This document shows positions 48,395 to 61,959 of a stretch of DNA of 64,000 nt, piece by piece. The stretch is taken from contig CAWJSK010000019.1 in assembly GCA_963845535.1 (NCBI GenBank), positions 288,001 to 352,000 of the forward strand, in the 5' to 3' direction. The position numbers and the translations under genes were made by a program. Position 1 is the stretch's first letter, and each line of letters begins with the position of its first letter. Under the pieces are notes generated by a model. It ran no database searches. It was not told the origin of the DNA and was given only the letters and a program-made list of their open reading frames with translations. The DNA comes from an uncultured Spirochaetota bacterium. Its GTDB lineage: Bacteria; Spirochaetota; Spirochaetia; SZUA-6; Fen-1364.

Positions 48395-48924
48395 GGGTGA
48401 CAGGCGGCTCGTACAGGGGAAGGAATATCCTCTGTCCTCCCGGGGTAATCCGCCCATCCATGGACAGGATGCGCCAGTCCCTTTTCTCGATTCTGGGCGA
48501 CATGGAAGGTTTGTCTTTCCTGGACCTGTTCAGCGGGACGGGAATCCTGGGGGTGGAGGCAGCCTCCCGCGGGGCCCGGCCGGTGCTCCTTGTCGAGAAG
48601 GACCCTCGGAAAAGGGCGACAATCCAGAAGAATATCGCTTTCGTGGAAAGCCCCATCGAGCTGGTGACCGCCCCGGTGGAGCGTTTTCTCAAGGCAGACC
48701 ACAGGTCATGGGACCTCATTTTCCTTGACCCTCCCTTCGACTTTGTGGACAAGGGAGAGGCGCTGGACGAGGCCAGCCAGCCCTCTCACCTCGCGGCGGA
48801 GGGGCTGGCCATCATCCATCTCCATACGGCGGAGAAGCTTGCCACGGACAGGCCGGGCCTCGAGCTCGCTGACCGCAGGACCTACGGGCAGTCGCTTCTG
48901 CTGTTCTTCCGCCACAAGGGATAG
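48391..48924 (+). CDS. rsmD: 16S rRNA m2G966 methyltransferase
   Basis: MRVTGG.YRGR, IRPSMDRMRQSLF, LDLFSGTG, EAASRGA and DPPF. Confidence 0.9.
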   Translation: MRVTGGSYRGRNILCPPGVIRPSMDRMRQSLFSILGDMEGLSFLDLFSGTGILGVEAASRGARPVLLVEKDPRKRATIQKNIAFVESPIELVTAPVERFLKADHRSWDLIFLDPPFDFVDKGEALDEASQPSHLAAEGLAIIHLHTAEKLATDRPGLELADRRTYGQSLLLFFRHKG

Positions 48925-48945
48925 CTTTGGCCGATAACGCCCAGA

Positions 48946-48978
48946 GCGGCAAACCAGCGGTAAACCTGCGTCAAACCG
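48946..48978 (+). repeat. Three 11-bp direct repeats upstream of the tRNA-Thr promoter
   Basis: GCGGCAAACCA GCGGTAAACCT GCGTCAAACCG. Confidence 0.65.
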
Positions 48979-49047
48979 CGATAGGGTAGACAAACTGCCG
49001 AAAAAATGCTTACCGTTGCCTCGTCCTCAGGTGGGCACTGACGTTTC

Positions 49048-49120
49048 GCCCTTGTAGCTCAGTCGGTAGAGCACCTCCTTGGTAAGGAGGGGGTCAGCGG
49101 TTCAAATCCGCTCGAGGGCT
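49048..49120 (+). tRNA. trnT: tRNA-Thr(GGT)
   Basis: GCCCTTG/CGAGGGC acceptor stem, TAGCTCAGTCGGTAGAGC D-arm, anticodon GGT, GGTTCAAATCC T-arm; CCA not encoded. Confidence 0.97.
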
Positions 49121-49182
49121 CGAAATGAACAGCGCGGGAACGGGCCGCGCGGTTCGAGGAAAGGCAGAATATCCCCGACCAC

Positions 49183-49210
49183 TTGACACTCAGGCACTTG
49201 TGTATATAAA
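49183..49210 (+). promoter_or_regulatory. Putative sigma70 promoter of rpmG-trnW-secE-nusG
   Basis: TTGACA-N16-TATAAA. Confidence 0.65.
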
Positions 49211-49242
49211 TTTGTCGTTCAACTTACTCCAGGGAGACACGA

Positions 49243-49419
49243 ATGGCCAAAGGGAAAGCGAAGAACCTAGAGCTCGTCGCACTCCAGTGCACCGAGTGTG
49301 ATCGACGCAACTATACCACCACGAAAAATCGCAAGAACACCCAGGGCAAGCTGGAGTTCACCAAGTATTGCCGGTGGGACAGGAAGCACACCCTGCACAA
49401 GGAAGCGAAGGTAAAGTAA
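49243..49419 (+). CDS. rpmG: 50S ribosomal protein L33 (not in ORF track)
   Basis: MAKGKAKNLELVALQCTECDRRNYTTTKNRKNTQGKLEFTKYCRWDRKHTLHKEAKVK*. Confidence 0.96.
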   Translation: MAKGKAKNLELVALQCTECDRRNYTTTKNRKNTQGKLEFTKYCRWDRKHTLHKEAKVK

Positions 49420-49484
49420 GGTCTAGCCATGGAGGGCGAGAATCGGCCGAGGCCAGGGATGGCCGAAAGGCCGATTGATTCCAT

Positions 49485-49557
49485 AGGCCAGTAGCTCTAA
49501 TGGTAGAGCGCCGGTCTCCAAAACCGGATGTTGCGGGTTCGAGTCCTGCCTGGCCTG
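49485..49557 (+). tRNA. trnW: tRNA-Trp(CCA)
   Basis: AGGCCAG/CTGGCCT acceptor stem, CCGGT-CTCCAAA-ACCGG anticodon arm, GGTTCGAGTCC T-arm. Confidence 0.97.
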
Positions 49558-49579
49558 TCAGGCCTGTACGGAGAAGCGA

Positions 49580-49759
49580 ATGAGGAAGATCGTCCTGTTT
49601 TTACAAGAGAGCTTCGCGGAGCTCAAGAAGGTAACGTGGCCCAGCAGGGATGAGGCAACCGCCTCCACCAAGGTCGTGCTGGTGTCCGTCCTTATCATTG
49701 CCGCCGTCCTCGGGCTTGTGGACTTTATCCTCTTCAAGGTTGTGGACTGGATGTTTTAG
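49580..49759 (+). CDS. secE: Preprotein translocase subunit SecE (not in ORF track)
   Basis: MRKIVLFLQESFAELKKVTWPSRDE followed by a single TM helix; canonical position. Confidence 0.95.
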   Translation: MRKIVLFLQESFAELKKVTWPSRDEATASTKVVLVSVLIIAAVLGLVDFILFKVVDWMF

Positions 49760-49763
49760 GCCC

Positions 49764-50317
49764 ATGGCGAAGGCGTGGTTTGTCATCCATACGTATTCCG
49801 GTTATGAGAACAAGGTGCAGAAGCACGTCCGCATGCTCGTGGACAAAGGCACGCTCAAGGACCATGTCTTCGACGTAAAGGTCCCCTCGGAAGAGGTGGT
49901 TGAGATCAAGGACGGCCGCAAAAAGGTGTCCACCAAGAAGTTCCTTCCCGGCTACATCATGGTGGAAATGGACCTGCCGGATATCGGATGGAAAGAGGTC
50001 TGCCAGGAGATCCGCAAGATCCCGGCGTCACCGGGTTCGTGGGGTCAAACCGCAACCAGAAGCCCCAGCCCATCTCCCAGGAGGAAGCCCGCGGCATCCT
50101 CCAGAAAGCAGGCGAGATCAAGGCAGACCGTGTCTTGAAGCCCCGCCAGAGCTTCTCGGTGGGGGAGATGGTGCGGATCGTGGAAGGTCCCTTTGAGTCC
50201 TTCACGGGGAACATCGAAGAGGTCAACACTGAGAAAGGCAAGCTGCGGGTCATGGTGGGGATATTCGGCCGTTCGACGCCTGTCGAGGTGGACTATCTCC
50301 AGGTGGAGAAGATCTGA
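49764..50317 (+). CDS. nusG: Transcription factor NusG; apparent 1-nt deletion at 50021-50023
   Basis: WFVIHTYSGYENKV and FLPGYIMVEM in one frame, PGVTGFVG...GPFESFTG...IFGRSTPVE in another; adding one C gives IRKIPGVTGFVG. Confidence 0.93.
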
Positions 50318-50457
50318 GCACATTCAAGAACCCTCGTGAGCCGCGCGGACGCGCGGAGCAGTTGGGAGCCTCGGGGAGCGGCGTTTCCGTTGGAAGCGCG
50401 CGTTCAAGCACGGCCCTGGCACGGAATACCGTGCTCGCACAGAGTACTGTGATAGGG

Positions 50458-50482
50458 CCGCGGAGAGGCGTTAATACCACGG
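50458..50482 (+). promoter_or_regulatory. Putative ribosomal protein L1 autoregulatory site upstream of rplK
   Basis: CCGCGGAGAGGCGTTAATACCACGG resembles the GGAG...UACCAC L1 target and abuts the rplK RBS. Confidence 0.45.
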
Positions 50483-50495
50483 AGGAGAAATAGCC

Positions 50496-50927
50496 ATGGC
50501 AAAGAAGACAGTCAAGGCAATCGTCAAGCTGCAGGTGCCTGCCGGAAAGGCCACGCCGGCTCCGCCGGTCGGACCGGCTCTCGGTCCCCACGGCGTTCAG
50601 GCTGCGCAGTTCTGCCAGCAGTTCAATGACAGGACCAAGAAGCAGGAAGTGGGAGTTCTCATCCCGGTCGTCATCACGATCTACACGGACAAGAGCTTCA
50701 CCTTCATCACGAAGACGCCGCCGGCGGCGGTCCTCATCAAGAAAGCGCTTGGCCTGGAAAAGGGAAGCGGTGAGCCGAACAAGACCAAGGTCGGGGCGCT
50801 GACGAAGGACAAGCTGCGCGCAATCGCGGAGCAGAAGATGCCGGACCTCACGGCAAAGGACATCGAAGCGGCCATGAAGATCATTGCCGGTACGGCCCGC
50901 AGCATGGGCGTCACGGTGGAGGGCTGA
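50496..50927 (+). CDS. rplK: 50S ribosomal protein L11
   Basis: [21 protein letters not shown] and GTARSMG. Confidence 0.98.
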   Translation: MAKKTVKAIVKLQVPAGKATPAPPVGPALGPHGVQAAQFCQQFNDRTKKQEVGVLIPVVITIYTDKSFTFITKTPPAAVLIKKALGLEKGSGEPNKTKVGALTKDKLRAIAEQKMPDLTAKDIEAAMKIIAGTARSMGVTVEG

Positions 50928-50932
50928 AGGCA

Positions 50933-51625
50933 ATGGCGAAGCATGGAAAGAAATATCGCGCCTCTGTGGAGAAGCTGAACAAGGCGGAGACCTTCTCCCT
51001 GGAGAAGGCGGTCGAGCTGGTGAAAGAGCTTGCGTACGCGAAGTTCGATGAGACGGTGGAAGTCTCCATGAAGCTCAACATCAAGAGCAAGCATACCATC
51101 AGGGACGTCATGGCTTTCCCGAACATGTTCGGGAAAGAGAAGAAGATCCTCGTGTTCGCCAAGGGCGACAAAGCGGAAGAGGCCAAGAAGGCCGGGGCCG
51201 CGTTTGTAGGAGACGCAGACCTGATCGAGAAGATCAAGGGGGGCTGGCTGGATTTCGACATCGCGGTTGCCACCCCCGACATGATGAAGGACGTGGGCAA
51301 GCTGGGGCAGATCCTCGGCCGGCGCGGGCTCATGCCCAACCCCAAGACCCAGACGGTCACGTTCAACGTCAAAGAGGCCCTGGAGGAGCTCAAGAAGGGC
51401 CGCGTCGAATACCGCGCCGACAAGGGCGGAGTGGTGCACCTCGCGGTGGCCAAGCTTTCCATGGAGAAAGAGCAGATAGCGGCGAACGCCATGGCGTTCA
51501 TCCAGGAGGTCGTGCGCAAGAGGCCTTCGGACCTGAAGGGGGACTACGTTCAGTCCATCGTGCTTTCCTCGACGATGGGTCCCGGCATAAGGATGTCTCC
51601 CAAAGACAAGGCGTTCGTGGCGTAA
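50933..51625 (+). CDS. rplA: 50S ribosomal protein L1
   Basis: AKFDETVE, ATPDMM, GLMPNPK and STMGPGI. Confidence 0.98.
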   Translation: MAKHGKKYRASVEKLNKAETFSLEKAVELVKELAYAKFDETVEVSMKLNIKSKHTIRDVMAFPNMFGKEKKILVFAKGDKAEEAKKAGAAFVGDADLIEKIKGGWLDFDIAVATPDMMKDVGKLGQILGRRGLMPNPKTQTVTFNVKEALEELKKGRVEYRADKGGVVHLAVAKLSMEKEQIAANAMAFIQEVVRKRPSDLKGDYVQSIVLSSTMGPGIRMSPKDKAFVA

Positions 51626-51640
51626 GGAGAGGAAGAAACA

Positions 51641-52186
51641 ATGGCTACCACGGTCAAGAAGATACAGCAGTACAAGACGGAGGCGGTGACGAAGCTGAAG
51701 GCGGACTTCGCCAAGACACCGGACCTGATCCTCTCTGATTTCCGCGGGCTCACTTTTCCCCAGATGATCGATCTGCGCGCCAAGCTGGGCGAACAGGGGA
51801 CTTTGTACAAGGTGGTGCGCAACGCCTTTGCGCGCATTGCAATGAAGGAGGCCGGCCTGCCGGACGTCTCCGCAATGCTCGAAGGTCCCACGGCGCTCGC
51901 GTTCCTCGGCAAGGACCCCAGCCCTGCCGCGAAGATCCTGGTGGATTTCACCAAGAGCGCCCCCCTGACCATCAAGGGCGGGGTGGTGAGCGGGAAGGTT
52001 TTCAGCGCCAAGGAGATCGAGGCCCTTTCCCGGCTGCCGGGAAGGCTCCAGCTCCTGGCCATCCTGCTGGGCACGATGAACGCGCCCGTCAGGAACATGA
52101 TGTACGTGATGAACGGCGTGTCCTCCAAGCTCGTGAGGACGCTTGCGGCCGTTGCGGACAAGAAGAAAACAGAAGACGCCGCGTGA
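51641..52186 (+). CDS. rplJ: 50S ribosomal protein L10
   Basis: DFRGLT, LRAKL, VVRN and GPTALAF; synteny. Confidence 0.96.
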   Translation: MATTVKKIQQYKTEAVTKLKADFAKTPDLILSDFRGLTFPQMIDLRAKLGEQGTLYKVVRNAFARIAMKEAGLPDVSAMLEGPTALAFLGKDPSPAAKILVDFTKSAPLTIKGGVVSGKVFSAKEIEALSRLPGRLQLLAILLGTMNAPVRNMMYVMNGVSSKLVRTLAAVADKKKTEDAA

Positions 52187-52313
52187 TCGGCGACCGGGGG
52201 GAGGGGGCCTCACGGCGCCCTCGCCATCCATAGTCTGGGGGATCGAAATAGCCCCGCCAGTCTTCGAGACATGAGCCAGCTGGCGGGGAGAAAAACAAGG
52301 AAGGAGAAGATAA

Positions 52314-52700
52314 ATGGCGACACTCACAAAAGATCAGATTCTGGACGCGATTGCGGGGATGACGGTCCTCGAGGTCTCGGATCTCGTCAAGGCAATGGAA
52401 GAGAAGTTCGGCGTCACCGCCGCGGCACCGGTGGCCGCTGCGGCGGCAGGGCCGGCTGCGGGCGGGGCCGCGGCGGCTGAGGAAAAGACGGAGTTCACCG
52501 TCGTGCTGAAGAGCTTCGATGACGCGAAGAAGATTCCCGTGATCAAGGAAGTGCGCGCAATCACGGGGCTGGGCCTCAAGGAGGCGAAGGATCTTGTGGA
52601 AGCCGGCAACAAGACGCTCAAGGAGAACATCTCCAAGGACGACGCCGCGAAGATCAAGCAGCAGTTGGAAGCGGCTGGCGCGGTCGTTGAGATCCAGTAA
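52314..52700 (+). CDS. rplL: 50S ribosomal protein L7/L12
   Basis: [16 protein letters not shown] and [13 protein letters not shown]. Confidence 0.98.
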   Translation: MATLTKDQILDAIAGMTVLEVSDLVKAMEEKFGVTAAAPVAAAAAGPAAGGAAAAEEKTEFTVVLKSFDDAKKIPVIKEVRAITGLGLKEAKDLVEAGNKTLKENISKDDAAKIKQQLEAAGAVVEIQ

Positions 52701-52787
52701 GAGCGCCTTGACGCGCAAGCCCGCGGAGCTCCGCGGGAGCGGCCCTGGCCGGGCCGCGCGTATACCTTTGCATCTACTCATCGACGA

Positions 52788-52815
52788 ACCACCGGCGGGG
52801 AAAACCGCCGGTGGT
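52788..52815 (+). terminator. Stem-loop between rplL and rpoB (attenuator-like)
   Basis: ACCACCGGCGG-GGAAAA-CCGCCGGTGGT, 11-bp perfect stem; weak U-tail. Confidence 0.6.
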
Positions 52816-52919
52816 CAGTCATTTCTGCGTAGGACGTGTCGAAAAATGGCACTCCTGATACGGGAGAGTTATGTCTACCGGAGACCGCGCGTCGCGCGGT
52901 GATTGTTAGGGGGGATCGA

Positions 52920-55900
52920 ATGATTCTGGACAAGTCCAAGAAGGTCAAGCGTACTCTTTTTGGCAGGGGCTACGAAGATGTCATGGAGATACCGAATCTC
53001 GTCGACATCCAGCTCTCATCGTATGAGAGATTCCTCCAGCGCAAGACCCTTCAGAAGGGGGAGCCCCCTGCGAAGCAGGGTCTGGAGGAAGTGTTCCTGT
53101 CCACGTTCCCGATCGAGAGTCCCAACGGCGACATGCTCCTCGAGTACTGCGGGTACACTCTGGACGAGCAGAACATCAAGTTCGGCGAGCAGGAGTGCAA
53201 ACAGAAAGGGCTCACGTACGCCATCCCGCTGAAGGCCAAGATCAACCTGATCTTCCTCAACACGGGGGAGATCCGGCAGAAAGAGATCTACATGGGGGAC
53301 ATCCCCATCATGACGGACAAGGGAACGTTCGTGGTGAACGGCGCCGAGCGCGTTGTCGTCAGCCAGATCCACCGGTCCCCCGGCGTCATCTTCTCCCATG
53401 AGAAGGGCGTGTTTTCTTCGCGGATCATCCCTTATCGCGGATCATGGCTCGAGTTCGAGATCGACCAGAAAAAAGAGCTGATCTACGCGAAGATCGACCG
53501 CAAGAAAAGGATCCTCGCCACAATCTTCCTGCGCGCCCTGGGCTATGAGACGCGCGAGTCGATCATTGAGCTGTTCTACAAGGTGGAGAAGACGAAAGTC
53601 GCGGACACCCGTGAGGACAAGGAGCGCCTTGTCGGGCGGAACTTCGCCCGCAGCGTCACCGTGAAGGAAGGGGAAGGCCAGAAGGCCCTCTACCGCGCCG
53701 GGGACAAGATCCACCCTCATGACGTGGAAGAGCTGGTCCATGCCGGGGTGAAGGAGATTTTCCTCATCGATTTCGAGAACGAGAAGTCCCTCCATTCCCC
53801 CATCATCCTCAACTGTTTCGAGCGTGAGGAGATGAAGTTCACCAAGGAGTCCGCTGACCAGGACGAGATTGCCAAGGATGACGCCATCCTGCGCGTGTAC
53901 TCCATCATCAAGCCGGGAGAGCCCATCACCATAGAGAACGCGGAGAAGGACCTGCATTCGATGTTCTTCTCCAGCCGCCGCTACGACCTGGGGCGCGTGG
54001 GCCGCTACAAGCTCAACAAGAAGTTCGACTACAGCGAGCAGGTGAAGACCCATACCCTGATCAAGGAGGACATCATCAATACGATGACCTGGCTCATCAG
54101 GGTCTACATCGGGGAGAACAACGTCGACGACATTGACCACCTGGGCAACCGCCGCGTGCGCTCGGTGGGGGAGCTCCTCACCAACCAGCTGAAGGTGGCC
54201 TTCACGCGCATGGAGAGGATTGCCAAGGAAAGGATGTCCCTCAAGGAAGCGGACACCATCAAGCCGCAGGACCTCATCTCCATCAAACCCATCGTCGCGA
54301 CCATCAAGGAGTTCTTCGGCTCGAGCCAGCTCTCCCAGTTCATGGACCAGGTCAACCCGCTTGCCGAGCTGACCCACAAACGACGCCTCAACGCTCTGGG
54401 TCCCGGCGGTCTTTCCCGTGACCGGGCGGGATTCGAGGTCAGGGACGTTCACTACACCCATTACGGCCGCATGTGCCCCATTGAGACCCCCGAAGGCCCG
54501 AACATCGGCCTCATTGTGTCGCTGGCCAACTATACCCGCGTGAACGAGTACGGGTTTCTGGAGACGCCGTATCGGAAGGTGAAGAACGGCAAGGTCAGCA
54601 ACGACATCGAATACCTTTCCGCTATGGATGAGGAGCGCTACTACATTGCACAGGCAAACGCGGTCCTCTCACCCAAGGGGGAGTTCCTGGAGAAGCAGGT
54701 CTCCGTGCGAAAAGGCGGGGACTATATTTCGAGGCCGCCGGAGGACATCCAGTACATGGACGTGTCCCCGAAGCAGATCATTTCGGTCTCTGCATCCTTG
54801 ATTCCCTTCCTGGAGCATGATGATGCCAACAGGGCCCTCATGGGCTCCAACATGCAGCGCCAGGCCGTTCCCCTCATTGCCCCCGAGCCCCCGCGCGTCG
54901 GCACGGGTATGGAGGCCAAGACGGCGTACGACTCGGGCGTGTGCGTGATTGCCCGCAGGGCGGGGGTCGTCAGCAACGTGACGAGCCTCGAGATCCGGAT
55001 CAAGCCGGATGAGGCCAAGCGGGATGAGGACGTGTACGGGCTTCTCAAGTACCAGCGCACGAACCAGGACACCTGCTACACGCAGAAGCCCATCGTCCAG
55101 CTGGGCAAGCACATAGCGGCGGGAGAGGTCATTGCGGACGGCCCGGCCACCTACCAGGGTGAGCTCGCGCTCGGCATAAACCTCCTGTGCGCGTTCATGC
55201 CATGGAACGGGTACAACTACGAGGATGCCATCCTTGTTTCCGAAAAGGTCGTGCAGGCGGACGCCTTCAGCTCCATCCATATCAAAGAGTTTTCCATGGA
55301 GGTGCGCGAAACGAAGCTGGGGCCGGAGAAGATCACACGCGACATCCCCAACACGAACGAGCACGCCTTCGAGCAGCTTGATGAGGAGGGGATCATCCGC
55401 GTGGGCGCCTCCGTGAAGGCCGGCTCCATTCTCGTGGGCAAGGTCACGCCGAAGTCCGAGACGGATTCCACCCCTGAGTTCAAACTGCTCAACTCGATCT
55501 TCGGAGAGAAGGCCAAGGAAGTGCGGGACACCTCGCTGCGCGTTCCCCACGGCGTGGAGGGCACGGTCATCGACGTGCAACGCCTGAAACGGGCGAACGG
55601 GGACGAGCTGGACCCAGGCGTGGAAGAGGTGGTCAAGGTCCTGATTGCCGCCAAGCGCAAGCTCCAGGAGGGAGACAAGCTCGCGGGGCGCCACGGGAAC
55701 AAGGGCGTCGTTGCCCGCGTTCTCCCCGTGGAGGAAATGCCGTACATGGAAGATGGAACGCCAATCGACATCGTGCTGAATCCTCTGGGCGTCCCTTCCC
55801 GTATGAACCTGGGGCAGATCATGGAGACGGAGCTCGGCTGGGCCGCTTCGGAGCTCGACGAATGGTACTCGACCCCCGTGTTCCAGTCCGCCTCCAATGA

Positions 55901-56417
55901 GATGATCGAAAGCAAGCTCAAGGAAGCGAACCTTCCCACTTCGTCCAAGGTGACGCTTCTGGACGGGCAGAGCGGAGAGCCATTCGAGAACCAGATCACC
56001 TGCGGCACCATCTACATGCTGAAGCTCCACCATCTCGTGGATGACAAGATGCACGCACGGTCCACGGGCCCCTACTCGCTGGTCACGCAGCAGCCGCTCG
56101 GCGGAAAGGCCCAGTTCGGCGGCCAGAGGCTGGGAGAGATGGAGGTGTGGGCGCTGGAAGCCTACGGCGCGTCCAACACCCTGCAGGAGCTTCTCACCAT
56201 CAAGAGCGACGACATGATGGGGAGGGCCAAGATCTACGAAAGCATCGTCAAGGGAGAGGTTTCCACGAGCCCTGACATCCCGGAGAGCTTCAACGTGCTC
56301 GTTCAGGAAATGCGCGGACTCGCGCTTGACGTGAGCATTTTCGACGCGAAGAACAAGCAGATCGCTCTGACGGAGCGGGACGAAGAGCTGATCGACAGGC
56401 AGATGTCAAGATTCTAA
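52920..56417 (+). CDS. rpoB: RNA polymerase beta subunit
   Basis: [47 protein letters not shown] and GGQRLGEME. Confidence 0.99.
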   Translation: MILDKSKKVKRTLFGRGYEDVMEIPNLVDIQLSSYERFLQRKTLQKGEPPAKQGLEEVFLSTFPIESPNGDMLLEYCGYTLDEQNIKFGEQECKQKGLTYAIPLKAKINLIFLNTGEIRQKEIYMGDIPIMTDKGTFVVNGAERVVVSQIHRSPGVIFSHEKGVFSSRIIPYRGSWLEFEIDQKKELIYAKIDRKKRILATIFLRALGYETRESIIELFYKVEKTKVADTREDKERLVGRNFARSVTVKEGEGQKALYRAGDKIHPHDVEELVHAGVKEIFLIDFENEKSLHSPIILNCFEREEMKFTKESADQDEIAKDDAILRVYSIIKPGEPITIENAEKDLHSMFFSSRRYDLGRVGRYKLNKKFDYSEQVKTHTLIKEDIINTMTWLIRVYIGENNVDDIDHLGNRRVRSVGELLTNQLKVAFTRMERIAKERMSLKEADTIKPQDLISIKPIVATIKEFFGSSQLSQFMDQVNPLAELTHKRRLNALGPGGLSRDRAGFEVRDVHYTHYGRMCPIETPEGPNIGLIVSLANYTRVNEYGFLETPYRKVKNGKVSNDIEYLSAMDEERYYIAQANAVLSPKGEFLEKQVSVRKGGDYISRPPEDIQYMDVSPKQIISVSASLIPFLEHDDANRALMGSNMQRQAVPLIAPEPPRVGTGMEAKTAYDSGVCVIARRAGVVSNVTSLEIRIKPDEAKRDEDVYGLLKYQRTNQDTCYTQKPIVQLGKHIAAGEVIADGPATYQGELALGINLLCAFMPWNGYNYEDAILVSEKVVQADAFSSIHIKEFSMEVRETKLGPEKITRDIPNTNEHAFEQLDEEGIIRVGASVKAGSILVGKVTPKSETDSTPEFKLLNSIFGEKAKEVRDTSLRVPHGVEGTVIDVQRLKRANGDELDPGVEEVVKVLIAAKRKLQEGDKLAGRHGNKGVVARVLPVEEMPYMEDGTPIDIVLNPLGVPSRMNLGQIMETELGWAASELDEWYSTPVFQSASNEMIESKLKEANLPTSSKVTLLDGQSGEPFENQITCGTIYMLKLHHLVDDKMHARSTGPYSLVTQQPLGGKAQFGGQRLGEMEVWALEAYGASNTLQELLTIKSDDMMGRAKIYESIVKGEVSTSPDIPESFNVLVQEMRGLALDVSIFDAKNKQIALTERDEELIDRQMSRF

Positions 56418-56497
56418 GCGTTTCGCTGAAAACGAAACGCGAACCCGCCTGGCGGAGCTCCTCAGGGGCACGCGGAGCGGGCATGGGAGGAACGAAG

Positions 56498-60751
<4,254 letters not shown>

Positions 60752-60801
60752 CACGCCGATGGCACAGCGCAGCTGTGCAGGAGTCGAGCGCCCTGGGGGA
60801 C

Positions 60802-60830
60802 TGGACACTGTCAGAAGCGGCAGGTATACT
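60802..60830 (+). promoter_or_regulatory. Putative sigma70 promoter P1 upstream of rpsL
   Basis: TGGACA-N17-TATACT. Confidence 0.65.
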
Positions 60831-60834
60831 GGGT

Positions 60835-60942
60835 GGGTATTGGGAATCCAACCGGCCGCTGGGACCAGTGGTTAGGGGAACGCCGGACGAGATATCCGGC
60901 GTAGCAGGCTGGAAGAGTTGTGACACTTCGGTTCCAAGACCC
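60835..60942 (+). ncRNA. Candidate multi-stem structured RNA of unknown class
   Basis: End-to-end pairing plus three internal hairpins, starting at the predicted TSS of P1. Confidence 0.45.
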
Positions 60943-60963
60943 CGGGAAACTGCGCGTGTGGGG

Positions 60964-60992
60964 TTGACTTTTTTTTTGTGCGCGAGTATCGT
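60964..60992 (+). promoter_or_regulatory. Putative sigma70 promoter P2 of the str operon
   Basis: TTGACT-N17-TATCGT. Confidence 0.55.
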
Positions 60993-61074
60993 TTCTACCC
61001 GCGTTCGAGGGAAAAGAACGCCGAAAGCAGAGTGGTTTCACTAAAGATAAGAAGGAAAGGTAGCATCAGGGTTT

Positions 61075-61449
61075 ATGCCGACTATCAACCAGCTGGTGAG
61101 AATGGGCCGGAGGGCGGTCCAAAAAAAGACAAAAGCCCCCGCGCTTCAGAACTGCCCCCAGAAGAGGGGCGTTTGCACGCGTGTCATGACCGTTACCCCG
61201 AAGAAGCCCAACTCGGCCCTTCGGAAGGTTGCCCGCGTTCGTCTCACCAATGGGATTGACGTCACGGCGTACATCCCGGGCATCGGCCACAACCTCCAGG
61301 AGCACTCGGTTGTGCTCATCAGGGGTGGGAGGGTGAAAGACCTTCCCGGCGTGCGCTACCACATCGTTCGCGGCGCCAAGGATACCCTCGGGGTCGAGGA
61401 CAGGAAAAAGGCCCGCTCGAAGTACGGGACCAAGAGACCCAAGGCGTAA
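61075..61449 (+). CDS. rpsL: 30S ribosomal protein S12
   Basis: [19 protein letters not shown] and [12 protein letters not shown]. Confidence 0.99.
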   Translation: MPTINQLVRMGRRAVQKKTKAPALQNCPQKRGVCTRVMTVTPKKPNSALRKVARVRLTNGIDVTAYIPGIGHNLQEHSVVLIRGGRVKDLPGVRYHIVRGAKDTLGVEDRKKARSKYGTKRPKA

Positions 61450-61466
61450 GGGAAGAGGGAAGATCG

Positions 61467-61940
61467 ATGCCGAGAGGCCAGCTGATCAGAAAAAAGAGGA
61501 TCATCCTTGATCCCAAGTTCAAGAATCCCATTGTTGGGAAGTTCGTTGCGCGCATGATGGAGCAGGGCAAGAAGAGCATTTCTTATGGAAGCATTTATTC
61601 CGCCCTGGATATCATCCAGCAGAAGGTGAGCGGCAAGGAGCCCCTGGAGGTTTTTCAAAAGGCGCTTGAAAACGTGAAGCCCGTCGTGGAGGTCAAGTCC
61701 CGCCGGGTGGGAGGCGCCACTCTCCAGGTCCCCGTCGAGATACGGGAGGAGCGCCGTGACGCGCTCGCCATGCGCTGGATTATTGGGTTCTCGCGGGCCC
61801 GCCACGGGCGGTCCATGGCTGAGAAACTGGCAGCAGAGCTTATTGACGCTTTCAACAACACCGGGTCCGCGATAAAGAAGAAAGAAGACACCCACAAAAT
61901 GGCGGAGGCGAACAAGGCTTTTGCTCATTACCGCTGGTAA
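61467..61940 (+). CDS. rpsG: 30S ribosomal protein S7
   Basis: [14 protein letters not shown] and [15 protein letters not shown]. Confidence 0.99.
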   Translation: MPRGQLIRKKRIILDPKFKNPIVGKFVARMMEQGKKSISYGSIYSALDIIQQKVSGKEPLEVFQKALENVKPVVEVKSRRVGGATLQVPVEIREERRDALAMRWIIGFSRARHGRSMAEKLAAELIDAFNNTGSAIKKKEDTHKMAEANKAFAHYRW

Positions 61941-61959
61941 GCGGGATACGGGCGTCGTT

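Noticed and set aside
49120..49243. Absence of tuf between tRNA-Thr and rpmG
   Set aside because: As far as I know this is the usual spirochaete arrangement; no tuf remnant is visible
49551..49567. GGCCTGT duplicated after tRNA-Trp as a possible att site
   Set aside because: Only 7 bp, with no integrase or inserted DNA
50417..50432. TGGCAC here, at about 60760 and at about 40249-40254 (minus) as sigma54 promoters
   Set aside because: No GC at the -12 position; two of them are arms of hairpins
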